A stretch of DNA of 64,000 nucleotides from a virus: the IMG/VR virus record IMGVR_UViG_3300020433_000743, positions 5,471 to 69,470 of that record; one strand, given 5' to 3'. Each line of letters opens with the position of its first letter. The first letter of the stretch is position 1. The position numbers were made by a program, and so were the translations under genes. Under the pieces are notes generated by a model. That model did no database searches. It worked only from the letters and a program-made list of their open reading frames with translations, and was not told the DNA's origin. Shown in pieces: positions 20,210 through 28,232 of the stretch.

Positions 20210-20541
20210 AGAGATCTATCGCATGCCCATCTCTTAACCTCACAAGAATGAAAACGATCCTGCATGTATTGTATCACTGCTTTGTAATTTGTTTTTGGAT
20301 TGCATGAGAATAGATCACATCTAACAATGTCTTCCTCTGGCCATGTGTGTATGCTTATATGACTCTCTGCAAGTAATGCATAACCAGTCACACCATGTGG
20401 TTCAAACTTATGAGTATCAACCTTTAGCACTTCTAACTTACCGATCTTTGCTGCTTCTATTAAGGTTTCTTTTACATACTCTTCATCATCTAATGGTGGA
20501 GTCATTAGACATTGTTTTAAATCAAATAATACGTGTTTCAT
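20200..20541 (-). CDS. speD: S-adenosylmethionine decarboxylase proenzyme
   Basis: HKFEPHGVTGYALLAESHISIHTWPE (ESH self-cleavage site) and DLFSC. Confidence 0.92.
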   Translation of the reverse strand: MKHVLFDLKQCLMTPPLDDEEYVKETLIEAAKIGKLEVLKVDTHKFEPHGVTGYALLAESHISIHTWPEEDIVRCDLFSCNPKTNYKAVIQYMQDRFHSCEVKRWACDRSLWI

Positions 20542-20556
20542 ATGAATATTATAGCA

Positions 20557-20588
20557 GAAAAAAAAGACCCCTGCAATGCAGAGGTCTC
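20557..20588 (-). terminator. Rho-independent terminator after the outer-membrane protein gene; overlaps a TTGCAG-N17-TATAAT promoter for speD
   Basis: GAGACCTCTGCA-T-TGCAGGGGTC followed by a T run on the minus strand. Confidence 0.75.
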
Positions 20589-20609
20589 GATTGTTAAGGT
20601 ATATAGACC

Positions 20610-20969
20610 TTAGAATGTGAATCTAACACCTGCTTTAGCAGAGAAGTCAATATCATCACTAGAGTTTGTTACACCATATAGTTCACCGTAGAACTTATCG
20701 TATGTTGCACCAACGTATCCAGCTAACTCAACGTCACCGAATTCGTCAGATGATTCTGTATGAGTAACTGTAGGGCCACCAGAAACGTACCAACCGATTC
20801 CACCAGGTGTTGTTCCTTCATAACCAACTTGTGCTTCAAGAGCACCAGATGTGTATGTTCCATCAGGATATGAACCGTTTGCTTCTAAATTCACATATGG
20901 GCCAGCAAAAGCAGCACCAGAGGCTAGAAGAGGAGCAGCAGCAAGAGCTGCGATTGAAGTTTTAAACAT
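20610..20969 (-). CDS. Small outer-membrane beta-strand protein (cyanophage OMP family)
   Basis: Sec signal peptide ending AFA, amphipathic beta strands and C-terminal GVRFTF (terminal Phe). Confidence 0.75.
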   Translation of the reverse strand: MFKTSIAALAAAPLLASGAAFAGPYVNLEANGSYPDGTYTSGALEAQVGYEGTTPGGIGWYVSGGPTVTHTESSDEFGDVELAGYVGATYDKFYGELYGVTNSSDDIDFSAKAGVRFTF

Positions 20970-21087
20970 TTGTAATTTTTAGTGTCTCGCAAGAAAAAAT
21001 CCTGCGGATGTTAGATTCCCCGACATGGGATTCTTTTTATACATCTACGCAGGGTTACGATCTTTCGAGTCCTTCGTTATGTAAAGT
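20970..21087 (-). promoter_or_regulatory. Structured 5' leader RNA of the OMP gene (three nested helices)
   Basis: Pairings 20986-20994/21061-21069, 21001-21011/21041-21053 and 21013-21020/21027-21034. Confidence 0.6.
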
Positions 21088-21095
21088 TATTTATA
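21088..21095 (-). promoter_or_regulatory. T4-type late promoter (gp55)
   Basis: Exact TATAAATA on the minus strand, upstream of the OMP leader. Confidence 0.75.
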
Positions 21096-21096
21096 C

Positions 21097-21123
21097 AACT
21101 GTCACACTAGTAGTGTGCCAGTT
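21097..21123. repeat. 27-bp near-perfect palindrome
   Basis: AACTGTCACACTA-G-TAGTGTGCCAGTT; 12 of 13 arm positions are complementary. Confidence 0.8.
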
Positions 21124-21130
21124 CGTGAGT

Positions 21131-21159
21131 ACTATAACACATTTAACCTTGTTAGTCAA
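21131..21159 (-). promoter_or_regulatory. Sigma70-type early promoter
   Basis: TTGACT-N17-TATAGT with TGn extension. Confidence 0.65.
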
Positions 21160-21802
21160 GGCCCTCTTGAACCTTTTTCCAATCTTTATCAAACTGTGCT
21201 AGTCCTGCATCAGTAAGAACATGTTTGTACATTTTATGGAATACACCTGTTGGTAATGTACATACATTAGCACCATATTCAAATGCTCTACCTACATCTC
21301 TTACATTACGAATTGATGCTGCAAGTATCTCAGTATGTATATTTTGTGTGCAGTATATATTAGCAATATCTTTAATAAGGCATAGACCACCAAATGAGTT
21401 ATCATCAACTCTTCCTACAAATGGTGATACATATTTTGCACCTGCTTTTGCTGCAAGTATGGCTTGTGCAGGTGAGAATATAAGAGTAACATTAACCTGT
21501 ATAACAGGTGCTAATTGTTTACAAACCCATAAACCTTCTGGTGTACATGGTACTTTAATAGTAGCATTTCTACCAAACTTTTGATAAAGTCTTTTTCCTT
21601 CAGCAAGCATTATTTCATCATCACCTACGACTTCCATACTTATATCAGGAATACCATAGTCTATTAACTCTTTATATACTTCTTCTGGATCTCTACCACT
21701 CTTCATTATCAGAGAAGGATTAGTAGTGACTCCATCAATTAAGCCAGTATCATAACCATCTTTAATTTCTTGAGTGTTTGCTGTATCTAAAAAGATTTTC
21801 AT
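21152..21802 (-). CDS. talC: Transaldolase (TalC/FSA family)
   Basis: MKIFLDTA, GVTTNPSL, TIKVP and YVSPFVGR motifs. Alternative start at 21835. Confidence 0.95.
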   Translation of the reverse strand: MKIFLDTANTQEIKDGYDTGLIDGVTTNPSLIMKSGRDPEEVYKELIDYGIPDISMEVVGDDEIMLAEGKRLYQKFGRNATIKVPCTPEGLWVCKQLAPVIQVNVTLIFSPAQAILAAKAGAKYVSPFVGRVDDNSFGGLCLIKDIANIYCTQNIHTEILAASIRNVRDVGRAFEYGANVCTLPTGVFHKMYKHVLTDAGLAQFDKDWKKVQEGLD

Positions 21803-21851
21803 TGTATTAGGTGTGTCGTATATTGTTACCGTCATTATATATTTTGTAGAA

Positions 21852-22043
21852 AAAAGAGGGAGGTCGGATTCCTGTATACCGACAAATAACGGGCATTACT
21901 ACAGAAGTAAAATACGTTATTGCCTGAGACCCGACTGGTAGGTCGGTTCTGACTCGCATCAGCAGCACCACCTGTGTCTCATCACCTTAACTAGCGGTTG
22001 CCAGTAAGTTTATTCAGTCACTCCCAACGTTGCGTCCAACAAA
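21852..22043 (-). ncRNA. manA RNA motif (cyanophage structured RNA) upstream of talC
   Basis: Minus strand reads GGGAGUGACUGAAUAAACUUACUGGC...GGUGAUGAGACACAGGUGGUGCUGCU...GGGUCUCAGGC...GGUAUACAGGAAUCCGACCUCCC, recalled as the manA consensus. It is non-coding and lies between a promoter and talC. Confidence 0.8.
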
Positions 22044-22046
22044 TGT

Positions 22047-22074
22047 ATTATAACACATGTAATTAATTCGTCAA
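22047..22074 (-). promoter_or_regulatory. Sigma70-type early promoter for the manA RNA and talC
   Basis: TTGACG-N16-TATAAT with extended TGn. Confidence 0.75.
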
Positions 22075-22301
22075 GAGCCTTTTGATTTTGATTTTGGTTT
22101 TGCTGTTGGTTCTGGTGTTACCACTGGTGTTTGTTCTTGAAGTGTTACACCTATCTGTTGTAGATATTCTATTGCACCTAATGCTCTAAGTAATAAATCT
22201 TTCTTTGCTTGTGCTTGTGCATTCAAATTATTAATCTCAACTTTAATCTCTTCCGCTTGTTTTAATAATTCTCTAAGATGGTTTTGCTGTTCTGTCATCA
22301 T
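22071..22301 (-). CDS. Coiled-coil hypothetical protein
   Basis: 76-aa ORF containing GAIEYL. Confidence 0.65.
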   Translation of the reverse strand: MMTEQQNHLRELLKQAEEIKVEINNLNAQAQAKKDLLLRALGAIEYLQQIGVTLQEQTPVVTPEPTAKPKSKSKGS

Positions 22302-22402
22302 TATGATACATTAATGTTTTTCATTATATCATATATATGGGGCTTTTCAACTCTAGGTATTTTATCGCTAAATAAAGCCGACAAACTATCTTTACCAACA
22401 GC

Positions 22403-22972
22403 ATGAAGAAAGTTCTATCACTAATTGGAATGGTATTGATGACGGGTGCGGTAGTAGCACCAGCAGCCAAGGCTGATATTATACATACGATCTCTGCTTC
22501 AACTCAACTTCGTGTTGATGCAGCTGCAACAGATGCAACAAGAATTGGATCCTCATATACTGTACAAGGTACAAATATTACCGCAGGTACAATGGGTGGT
22601 CTTTCTGCACAAACTGGTACAGCAGCAGCAGGACATACTGATGGTGTCTATACAGTTACAACAGCAGGTGATGCATTCAGCTTAAGTGAGTCATTCACAG
22701 CTGGCGATGCAGTAAATACTATCGGTTCTGGTGTTGACGTAACTGCACATACATACACTGCTGAAGTAACAGGTGATAATGCTGCTCCTGCGATTAACTC
22801 ATACGGAACAATTATGGACTTACCTGCATTTGGTAATACTGTAACAACATCAGGTGGTCACGCTGGAAGTCTAGCTGGTACTATTGCAACAGACGGTGCT
22901 ATCGGTCTAACAGCAGGTGGTGCTGGAACCACAGCCACTGGCCAAGTAGTTACTACATTGACCATAAACTAA
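22403..22972 (+). CDS. Exported Thr/Gly/Ala-rich protein
   Basis: Signal peptide ending AKA; CTAAATA late-promoter-like box at ~22368. Confidence 0.8.
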   Translation: MKKVLSLIGMVLMTGAVVAPAAKADIIHTISASTQLRVDAAATDATRIGSSYTVQGTNITAGTMGGLSAQTGTAAAGHTDGVYTVTTAGDAFSLSESFTAGDAVNTIGSGVDVTAHTYTAEVTGDNAAPAINSYGTIMDLPAFGNTVTTSGGHAGSLAGTIATDGAIGLTAGGAGTTATGQVVTTLTIN

Positions 22973-22980
22973 GATGAGAA

Positions 22981-23424
22981 ATGAAACGGTTATTTGTCCT
23001 AACTGCGGTTGCAACTGTCCTTGCGAGTGCGAGGACTGCGGTTGCTGTGCCCGTAGTGCCTAATTTTACACAGGGCTCGATGCAATCAACGACGGAAACA
23101 ACGTCTACGGTGACCGAGACCATAAATTCGATAGACTATAATACAGGCTATCAATATGTGATAACAGGGACAAACATACAGCACGATGGAGATACTCTAT
23201 CGGCACCTTCCGTAACAAATGGAACTAATACTATACAGGGAGTGACTTCAACATGGACTGGAATGGATCTAAACAACAAACCAAACTTTTCAATCGTAAA
23301 TCCAGCAGGTTCCTTTCAATACAGCGAAAGTTACATGGGGCCTGGCCTTGCGACGCAAACAATCATCCAGAGAACTACAACAATAGAAAGCGTCACAAGC
23401 ACACAATCAACATTCAGCCAGTAG
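22981..23424 (+). CDS. Exported Thr/Ser-rich protein (AVPVVPNFTQG family)
   Basis: Signal peptide ending AVA; beta-rich composition. Confidence 0.8.
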   Translation: MKRLFVLTAVATVLASARTAVAVPVVPNFTQGSMQSTTETTSTVTETINSIDYNTGYQYVITGTNIQHDGDTLSAPSVTNGTNTIQGVTSTWTGMDLNNKPNFSIVNPAGSFQYSESYMGPGLATQTIIQRTTTIESVTSTQSTFSQ

Positions 23425-24167
23425 CCAAAAAACTTGCCCTATTAGTTTTAAGTGCACTTACATGTACCCCTTCCTACGCAACTGATGTGGGAGGGGTTTC
23501 TGCTACCGCAAATCCAATAGCAAATTCCTCTGGCTCGGTTACGAATCAAGCCATACAAGTTTTGCAGGGCCCATACATAACTAATCAATATGGAAATGGT
23601 ATTGCATGTCAAGGGCCTACCATGAATATCACACCATACGTCAACGGAACGGGAAGTTTCAAGAGGCCATTTGAACGATATTATCAAGATCCAGTGTACA
23701 ACAACGCAGATAATGACGATGACAATATACCCGACAATCCTGGCGAGATCCTTTATTATATTCCTACAAGAACTGGACAGACAGAAAATTATAATCTCTC
23801 CGTAGGTCTCTCTGCTACATGGTCAAGACCATTAGATAAAGAACTACAGAAACAATGTAAAGATGCAGCAGCAGCAAACATTGCATTAATGAATCAGGCA
23901 ACTGCAAATAAAAGATTAGACTTTGAGATAGCTCGTTTGAAAAACTGTGGTGAATTAATGAAGGCTGGTATCATGTTCCATCCGAAATCACCTTATGCAT
24001 CTGTATGTGCTGATGTAGTATTAGTAAATCCACCAGGTGTTGTAGCACCACATCAACATGATATTCCACCAGTTGATTATAAAGTTGAACTTGAAGAACC
24101 AAAAGAAGTATCATATGGTGATGCATCTGTATTAAACCCAATGAGCATTGGTAACACACCAGAATGA
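23253..24167 (+). CDS. Exported conserved hypothetical protein (start uncertain)
   Basis: Signal-peptide-like KKLALLVLSALTCTPSYA lies ~58 codons into the ORF. Mature part carries GGVSATANP and RLDFEIARLKNCG. Confidence 0.75.
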   Translation: MDWNGSKQQTKLFNRKSSRFLSIQRKLHGAWPCDANNHPENYNNRKRHKHTINIQPVAKKLALLVLSALTCTPSYATDVGGVSATANPIANSSGSVTNQAIQVLQGPYITNQYGNGIACQGPTMNITPYVNGTGSFKRPFERYYQDPVYNNADNDDDNIPDNPGEILYYIPTRTGQTENYNLSVGLSATWSRPLDKELQKQCKDAAAANIALMNQATANKRLDFEIARLKNCGELMKAGIMFHPKSPYASVCADVVLVNPPGVVAPHQHDIPPVDYKVELEEPKEVSYGDASVLNPMSIGNTPE

Positions 24168-24919
24168 CTATACCATATATTAAAGTAGAAGATCCTAGAA
24201 TATTCACTCATCCAATTTCGAATATTGGAATCTATCGTTTACCGCAATTAAACTTATGGAATATACATCCTCCAATAACAGTTAAACTTGGTTTCCCTAT
24301 TGTAGAATTACCAGGTTGTGTAGAGTTTCATCCTGATGATCAAAACAAAGTAACTAAATTACCTTTTGATAAGAACCTTGTAAATGATGATCCTAAAGGT
24401 GCACAAACAGCCTGTCCTAATGGTCAATATCCAACGTATAATGCAATTAATTATGAACCAGAACAAAGACTACCTACATTAATTACTGAGGTACCACCAG
24501 TAGCTCCACCACCTCCACCAGAAGTACCAGATACAGGAGATGTAGTTCCTCCATTAAAATGCCCTGGCCCAGGCCAACTAAGAGTTGGTGATACTACTCA
24601 GTCTGGTGATGAGAAAGTAATTGGTCATGAACTAAGTCCAGATGGTAAAACCTGTGTAACATTGTATGAGCCAACGTCTCAACTAGAGAAGTATCTTCCA
24701 TCATTAAATCAAGCATCAAGTGTTACGGTACTAGCAATCGCAGCTACAGCAGGTGCAGCAGCAACTCCATTGCTTATAAGAATTATAAAACCTGCAATCA
24801 AAAAATTATGGACAACTATACAAAAGAAATTAGGTAAAAAAGTAAGAAGACCTTCTCTCTCAGAAAGACGGACAAATAAGTACCGTGAGAAAAAAGGCCT
24901 TCCACCACTTAAAATTTAG
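24164..24919 (+). CDS. Pro-rich membrane-anchored hypothetical protein
   Basis: Paired Cys, PPPPP linker, C-terminal TM helix and basic tail. Confidence 0.75.
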   Translation: MTIPYIKVEDPRIFTHPISNIGIYRLPQLNLWNIHPPITVKLGFPIVELPGCVEFHPDDQNKVTKLPFDKNLVNDDPKGAQTACPNGQYPTYNAINYEPEQRLPTLITEVPPVAPPPPPEVPDTGDVVPPLKCPGPGQLRVGDTTQSGDEKVIGHELSPDGKTCVTLYEPTSQLEKYLPSLNQASSVTVLAIAATAGAAATPLLIRIIKPAIKKLWTTIQKKLGKKVRRPSLSERRTNKYREKKGLPPLKI

Positions 24920-25359
24920 TTATAATCACACTCATCAATACTACCCATACAGTCTGCCTCATCAATAATTTCCATACATTCTCCTACCATCTCAAAGTCT
25001 GGTAAATACTCACGACACCTATAAAGGTTGTAAAGACTTCCTGTTCTACGAAAGTACCATCCATGTATAGGTTGGACATAGTTCATACTTATATGATTAT
25101 AGAAAGGATCCCAAAGTTCCTTTTCAATTATATCTTCTGCTATAAAATTTTGATACCGATTATCAAACTCTTCCTGACATTCCTCTCTGGTTCCTAAACC
25201 TTTGTCTGCTAAATTTCTACAAGCAATTAAGGCATCAGCATCATCCAACTTTTTATTCCACCATGCAGAATAATGATCGGTTATACCATTCACTATAAGT
25301 AAAGGCATTGCAAAAGTCAATGTGAAATTTACATATGCCTTCTTAAGTTTAGCCAGCAT
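24916..25359 (-). CDS. Hypothetical protein
   Basis: 147-aa Cys-containing ORF. Confidence 0.6.
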   Translation of the reverse strand: MLAKLKKAYVNFTLTFAMPLLIVNGITDHYSAWWNKKLDDADALIACRNLADKGLGTREECQEEFDNRYQNFIAEDIIEKELWDPFYNHISMNYVQPIHGWYFRRTGSLYNLYRCREYLPDFEMVGECMEIIDEADCMGSIDECDYN

Positions 25360-25813
25360 TTAACGTACCAAATGATCTACGAATCTCTCTGAGTTCCTCA
25401 AAGTTTTTATTCTTCGTACCACCATCATATTCCCAAGCATATCCTTGCTTGATCATTTCCTCATTAAGTGACACATCCCCATCCCCGATATATAACCACC
25501 CCAAAAGACGACCATATTTGCCGATGCCACCACTAAGTTCAGTCCTAATAGTAAGCTCGTCGTCACCAGTAATGGCTTGACCCAGTTTCTCTTTGAGCCA
25601 GTTTGTTGCGTCGATTCCAAGTGCTTTCTCCTCTAAGTCACGGGTACGTTTCTCAGGAGTATCAATCCCAGCTACGCGAACCCTTTCTTTTTTGTATAGA
25701 TCAAATCCAAGATCTATTGTAACATCAATTGTGTCACCGTCAACTACTTTGTTAATCTTCGTTACTCGGAAGTTGTAACAACTCTTCCGACTTGGGGGTA
25801 TCATTGCTCCCAT
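25349..25813 (-). CDS. Thermonuclease (SNase) family endonuclease
   Basis: VVDGDTID, RVAGIDTPE and GKYGRLLG motifs. Confidence 0.9.
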   Translation of the reverse strand: MGAMIPPSRKSCYNFRVTKINKVVDGDTIDVTIDLGFDLYKKERVRVAGIDTPEKRTRDLEEKALGIDATNWLKEKLGQAITGDDELTIRTELSGGIGKYGRLLGWLYIGDGDVSLNEEMIKQGYAWEYDGGTKNKNFEELREIRRSFGTLNAG

Positions 25814-26009
25814 TTTCAAACTCCATTAGTGCATTATTTATCATGGAATCAATATCAAGATTTTTTTCTGTTACTCTATATCCTTCTGCATAATCTATTA
25901 TCCTGTACAGCAATTCTTCTTCAACTTCTAAAGCATGTGCAGGAGGATCTGTAATTGGTGCTGTGCAACCAACTAATATTAACGGTAGCAATAAAAATTT
26001 AATCATCAT
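25752..26009 (-). CDS. Putative lipoprotein
   Basis: LVGC lipobox after a hydrophobic leader. Confidence 0.55.
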   Translation of the reverse strand: MMIKFLLLPLILVGCTAPITDPPAHALEVEEELLYRIIDYAEGYRVTEKNLDIDSMINNALMEFENGSNDTPKSEELLQLPSNED

Positions 26010-26094
26010 AAGTTAGTATAGCATAGATTACAAAAGAAACTGCAACTAGCAATATAAACACCATAATATTTACACTATGAACTACTGTAACCAC
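25999..26094 (-). CDS. Small membrane peptide (31 aa)
   Basis: GTG start; MVTVVHSVNIMVFILLVAVSFVIYAILTYDD; overlaps both neighbours. Confidence 0.5.
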   Translation of the reverse strand: MVTVVHSVNIMVFILLVAVSFVIYAILTYDD

Positions 26095-26393
26095 TAATCT
26101 CTCTGTCGCCAATCATCACTACGTTCTTGATGAAACCAATCTACTATCTCATCTGGTGAACCAAAACCCCTTTTATGATTACTTGAATCGGGGTCTCCTA
26201 TGTTCAAGTTATTCAGAAAAGAATCGTTCGGATTTGTTGCTTGTCTTCTTGCTTGTTTTAACATACCTCTTGCACTCGTATTTGCTTTTGATAATTTTTG
26301 TGCCCAGATCATATCATCTATACTTACTTCTGTTCCAGCTGCAATAGATTTGCAGATGCCCTCTAACCGAAGGCGGTATGCGGTTGATAACAT
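26094..26393 (-). CDS. Conserved cyanophage/cyanobacterial hypothetical protein
   Basis: MLSTAYRLRLEGIC...DDWRQRD family. Confidence 0.75.
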   Translation of the reverse strand: MLSTAYRLRLEGICKSIAAGTEVSIDDMIWAQKLSKANTSARGMLKQARRQATNPNDSFLNNLNIGDPDSSNHKRGFGSPDEIVDWFHQERSDDWRQRD

Positions 26394-26458
26394 TTATTAA
26401 TACGTAGTATTAATATAATTTATACGTTTAACAATCTATTCACATTAGTGTGTAAGTA

Positions 26459-26572
26459 CTATAACATTCCGACTAATATTAGTCCAAAAGCAACAAACAC
26501 CATAACCCCCATAGAGATTACAGTGTTATAAAACCATCTTGGTATTTTGTCTACTTTGTCGATGTCATCCAA
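26459..26572 (-). CDS. Small membrane peptide (37 aa)
   Basis: TTG start overlapping the ndhI end; [37 protein letters not shown]. Confidence 0.45.
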   Translation of the reverse strand: MDDIDKVDKIPRWFYNTVISMGVMVFVAFGLILVGML

Positions 26573-27132
26573 TCGAGTACCTCTGATGGAAGTTTACCGA
26601 CTCTAGGGTCAGAGTCCTTGACGTTGTGAGGATCCATCTCACCCTTGGGTAGATAAGTAAGTTCACGCAATGCTCTAACTGAGGGATCAGTTGTAACATT
26701 AGTGGGAAGTCGTCCAAGAGCGACATTATCATAGTTAAGTTGATGCCTGTCGTAAACAGATAGTTCATACTCCTCCGTCATTGATAAACAATTCGTTGGA
26801 CAGTATTCTACACAATTTCCACAGAAAATGCAAGCACCAAAGTCAATAGAATAATTACGTAACTCTTTTTTCTTTGTCTGTTTATTCATCACCCAGTCAA
26901 CGACTGGTAGATTTATAGGGCATACTCTTACGCATACCTCACAAGCAATACACTTATCAAACTCATAGTGTATGCGTCCTCTATATCTTTCGGAAGGAAT
27001 TAATTTTTCATAAGGGTATTGGACTGTTACTGGCCTTCTCCCCATGTGTGAGAGAGTTACAGAAAATCCATCAAACAAATACTTTGCTGCGTTCTTAATT
27101 TCTTTTAGATAATCAAGGACTCCTTTAATCAT
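26551..27132 (-). CDS. ndhI: NAD(P)H-quinone oxidoreductase (NDH-1) subunit I
   Basis: [20 protein letters not shown], two CxxCxxCxxxCP 4Fe-4S motifs and a cyanobacterial-type C-terminus ([12 protein letters not shown]). Confidence 0.95.
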   Translation of the reverse strand: MIKGVLDYLKEIKNAAKYLFDGFSVTLSHMGRRPVTVQYPYEKLIPSERYRGRIHYEFDKCIACEVCVRVCPINLPVVDWVMNKQTKKKELRNYSIDFGACIFCGNCVEYCPTNCLSMTEEYELSVYDRHQLNYDNVALGRLPTNVTTDPSVRALRELTYLPKGEMDPHNVKDSDPRVGKLPSEVLDWMTSTK

Positions 27133-27221
27133 ATTACGTATGCGTGATTAATCGAAACTATAAGTGCGATTGCAATAGTTCCAAAAATTATTGTTGCTGA
27201 TCTGATTGGTAAGTTTTTCAT
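27129..27221 (-). CDS. Small membrane peptide (30 aa)
   Basis: [30 protein letters not shown]; ATGA overlap with the ndhI start. Confidence 0.5.
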   Translation of the reverse strand: MKNLPIRSATIIFGTIAIALIVSINHAYVI

Positions 27222-27452
27222 TTAACATCCGAAGGGTATACCACAGGATCTAAGATAAAAGTATTTATCAACCTGTGTTGGAACAAAATTGCAATAATCT
27301 ATAAAAGAAGGATGTGCCTTTAGATAAGGTACATCCTCTTTACTGTGTTCTATTGCTGAGTATGCATCATCTGCGTATTCGCAGATTTCGTGATGGTGTT
27401 CTTCTGCGTCGTGGTATCCGACGGTATAGTGCTTTTGCTGAGTAAAGGGCAT
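27222..27452 (-). CDS. Conserved cyanobacterial/cyanophage hypothetical protein
   Basis: HYTVGYHD...EICEYA...HPSFIDY. Confidence 0.7.
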   Translation of the reverse strand: MPFTQQKHYTVGYHDAEEHHHEICEYADDAYSAIEHSKEDVPYLKAHPSFIDYCNFVPTQVDKYFYLRSCGIPFGC

Positions 27453-27483
27453 GATCTTTCAATCCTGTACTACGATATTATTT

Positions 27484-27511
27484 ATTATACCATATAAGTA
27501 TTTTTACGCAA
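27484..27511 (-). promoter_or_regulatory. Sigma70-type promoter, with an adjacent TAAATA late-type box
   Basis: TTGCGT-N16-TATAAT with TGn, immediately followed by AAATAATA. Confidence 0.55.
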
Positions 27512-27535
27512 CTGTGTGTGGACTCACGGACAGTG

Positions 27536-27772
27536 TTAAAGAACCTGTACAACTCCATTACAATCAGGAAAGTCTGCAAATAATTTTTTTTCTATACCCA
27601 TCTTTAAAGTCATAGCACTCATAGCACATGTCTCACATGCACCACTAAGTCTTATCTTAACAAACTTAGTGTCTTCTTCTATCTCTATAAATTCAAGATA
27701 CCCTCCATCAGCCTCAATGTATGGAGAGATTTCTTTAAGTGAGTTTACTACATTATCTCTAGTTAGTTCCAT
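27536..27772 (-). CDS. nifU: NifU/NfuA C-terminal-domain Fe-S cluster carrier
   Basis: PYIEADGG, LSGACETC (CxxC) and TLKMGIE motifs. Confidence 0.9.
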   Translation of the reverse strand: MELTRDNVVNSLKEISPYIEADGGYLEFIEIEEDTKFVKIRLSGACETCAMSAMTLKMGIEKKLFADFPDCNGVVQVL

Positions 27773-27848
27773 AAGATATTAATAATACACCTAATACAAA
27801 AAGCACCAATGGTGCGATTACGAATGTTAATGATTCACTTAATTCCAT
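27759..27848 (-). CDS. Small membrane peptide (29 aa)
   Basis: MELSESLTFVIAPLVLFVLGVLLISYGTN. Confidence 0.4.
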   Translation of the reverse strand: MELSESLTFVIAPLVLFVLGVLLISYGTN

Positions 27849-27856
27849 TCAGAACC

Positions 27857-28027
27857 TTATTTCTTTTTAGGTGCTTTACCACCAACCCATGCTTCATTCT
27901 CTGGGGTGCTAGGATCATCTTTAATGTAATGTCCTTTATCGTTTCTTGCTCTCTTTGGTTCTACAACTGGTTTTGCAACCTCAGTCTTTGGGGTTTTACC
28001 AGCTATAAGGTCTCCGAAATGTGACAT
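27857..28027 (-). CDS. Small basic hypothetical protein (56 aa)
   Basis: MSHFGDLIAGKTPK...KRARNDKGHYIKDDPSTPENEAWVGGKAPKKK; follows an AATAAATA box. Confidence 0.65.
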   Translation of the reverse strand: MSHFGDLIAGKTPKTEVAKPVVEPKRARNDKGHYIKDDPSTPENEAWVGGKAPKKK

Positions 28028-28058
28028 TTTAATGTACTAATAACTACGGTTATATTTA

Positions 28059-28232
28059 TTATAAAAGAATTGCACCAATGATAAAACCTTTAGCAAAGGC
28101 AATACATTGAATTTGATAATCAGTCAAGTTAAATTTATCTTGAAACTTCTTTATGATTTTCTTATCCCATTCTTTTGCATGGTACAAAGCATGCACAATA
28201 GGATTCATTTTGTCGTGATCATTACAAGACAT
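28059..28232 (-). CDS. Small conserved cyanophage protein (57 aa)
   Basis: MSCNDHDK...KEWDKKIIKKFQDKFNLTDYQIQCIAFAKGFIIGAILL; GGAG RBS. Confidence 0.65.
   Translation of the reverse strand: MSCNDHDKMNPIVHALYHAKEWDKKIIKKFQDKFNLTDYQIQCIAFAKGFIIGAILL

Noticed and set aside
21852-22043. Possible tRNA cluster in the GC-rich spacer upstream of talC
   Set aside because: There is no TTCGA T-loop cloverleaf or CCA end; the region fits the manA motif better.
27809-28024. 71-aa plus-strand hydrophobic ORF
   Set aside because: The minus-strand 56-aa ORF 27857..28027 fits the operon direction and late-type box better.
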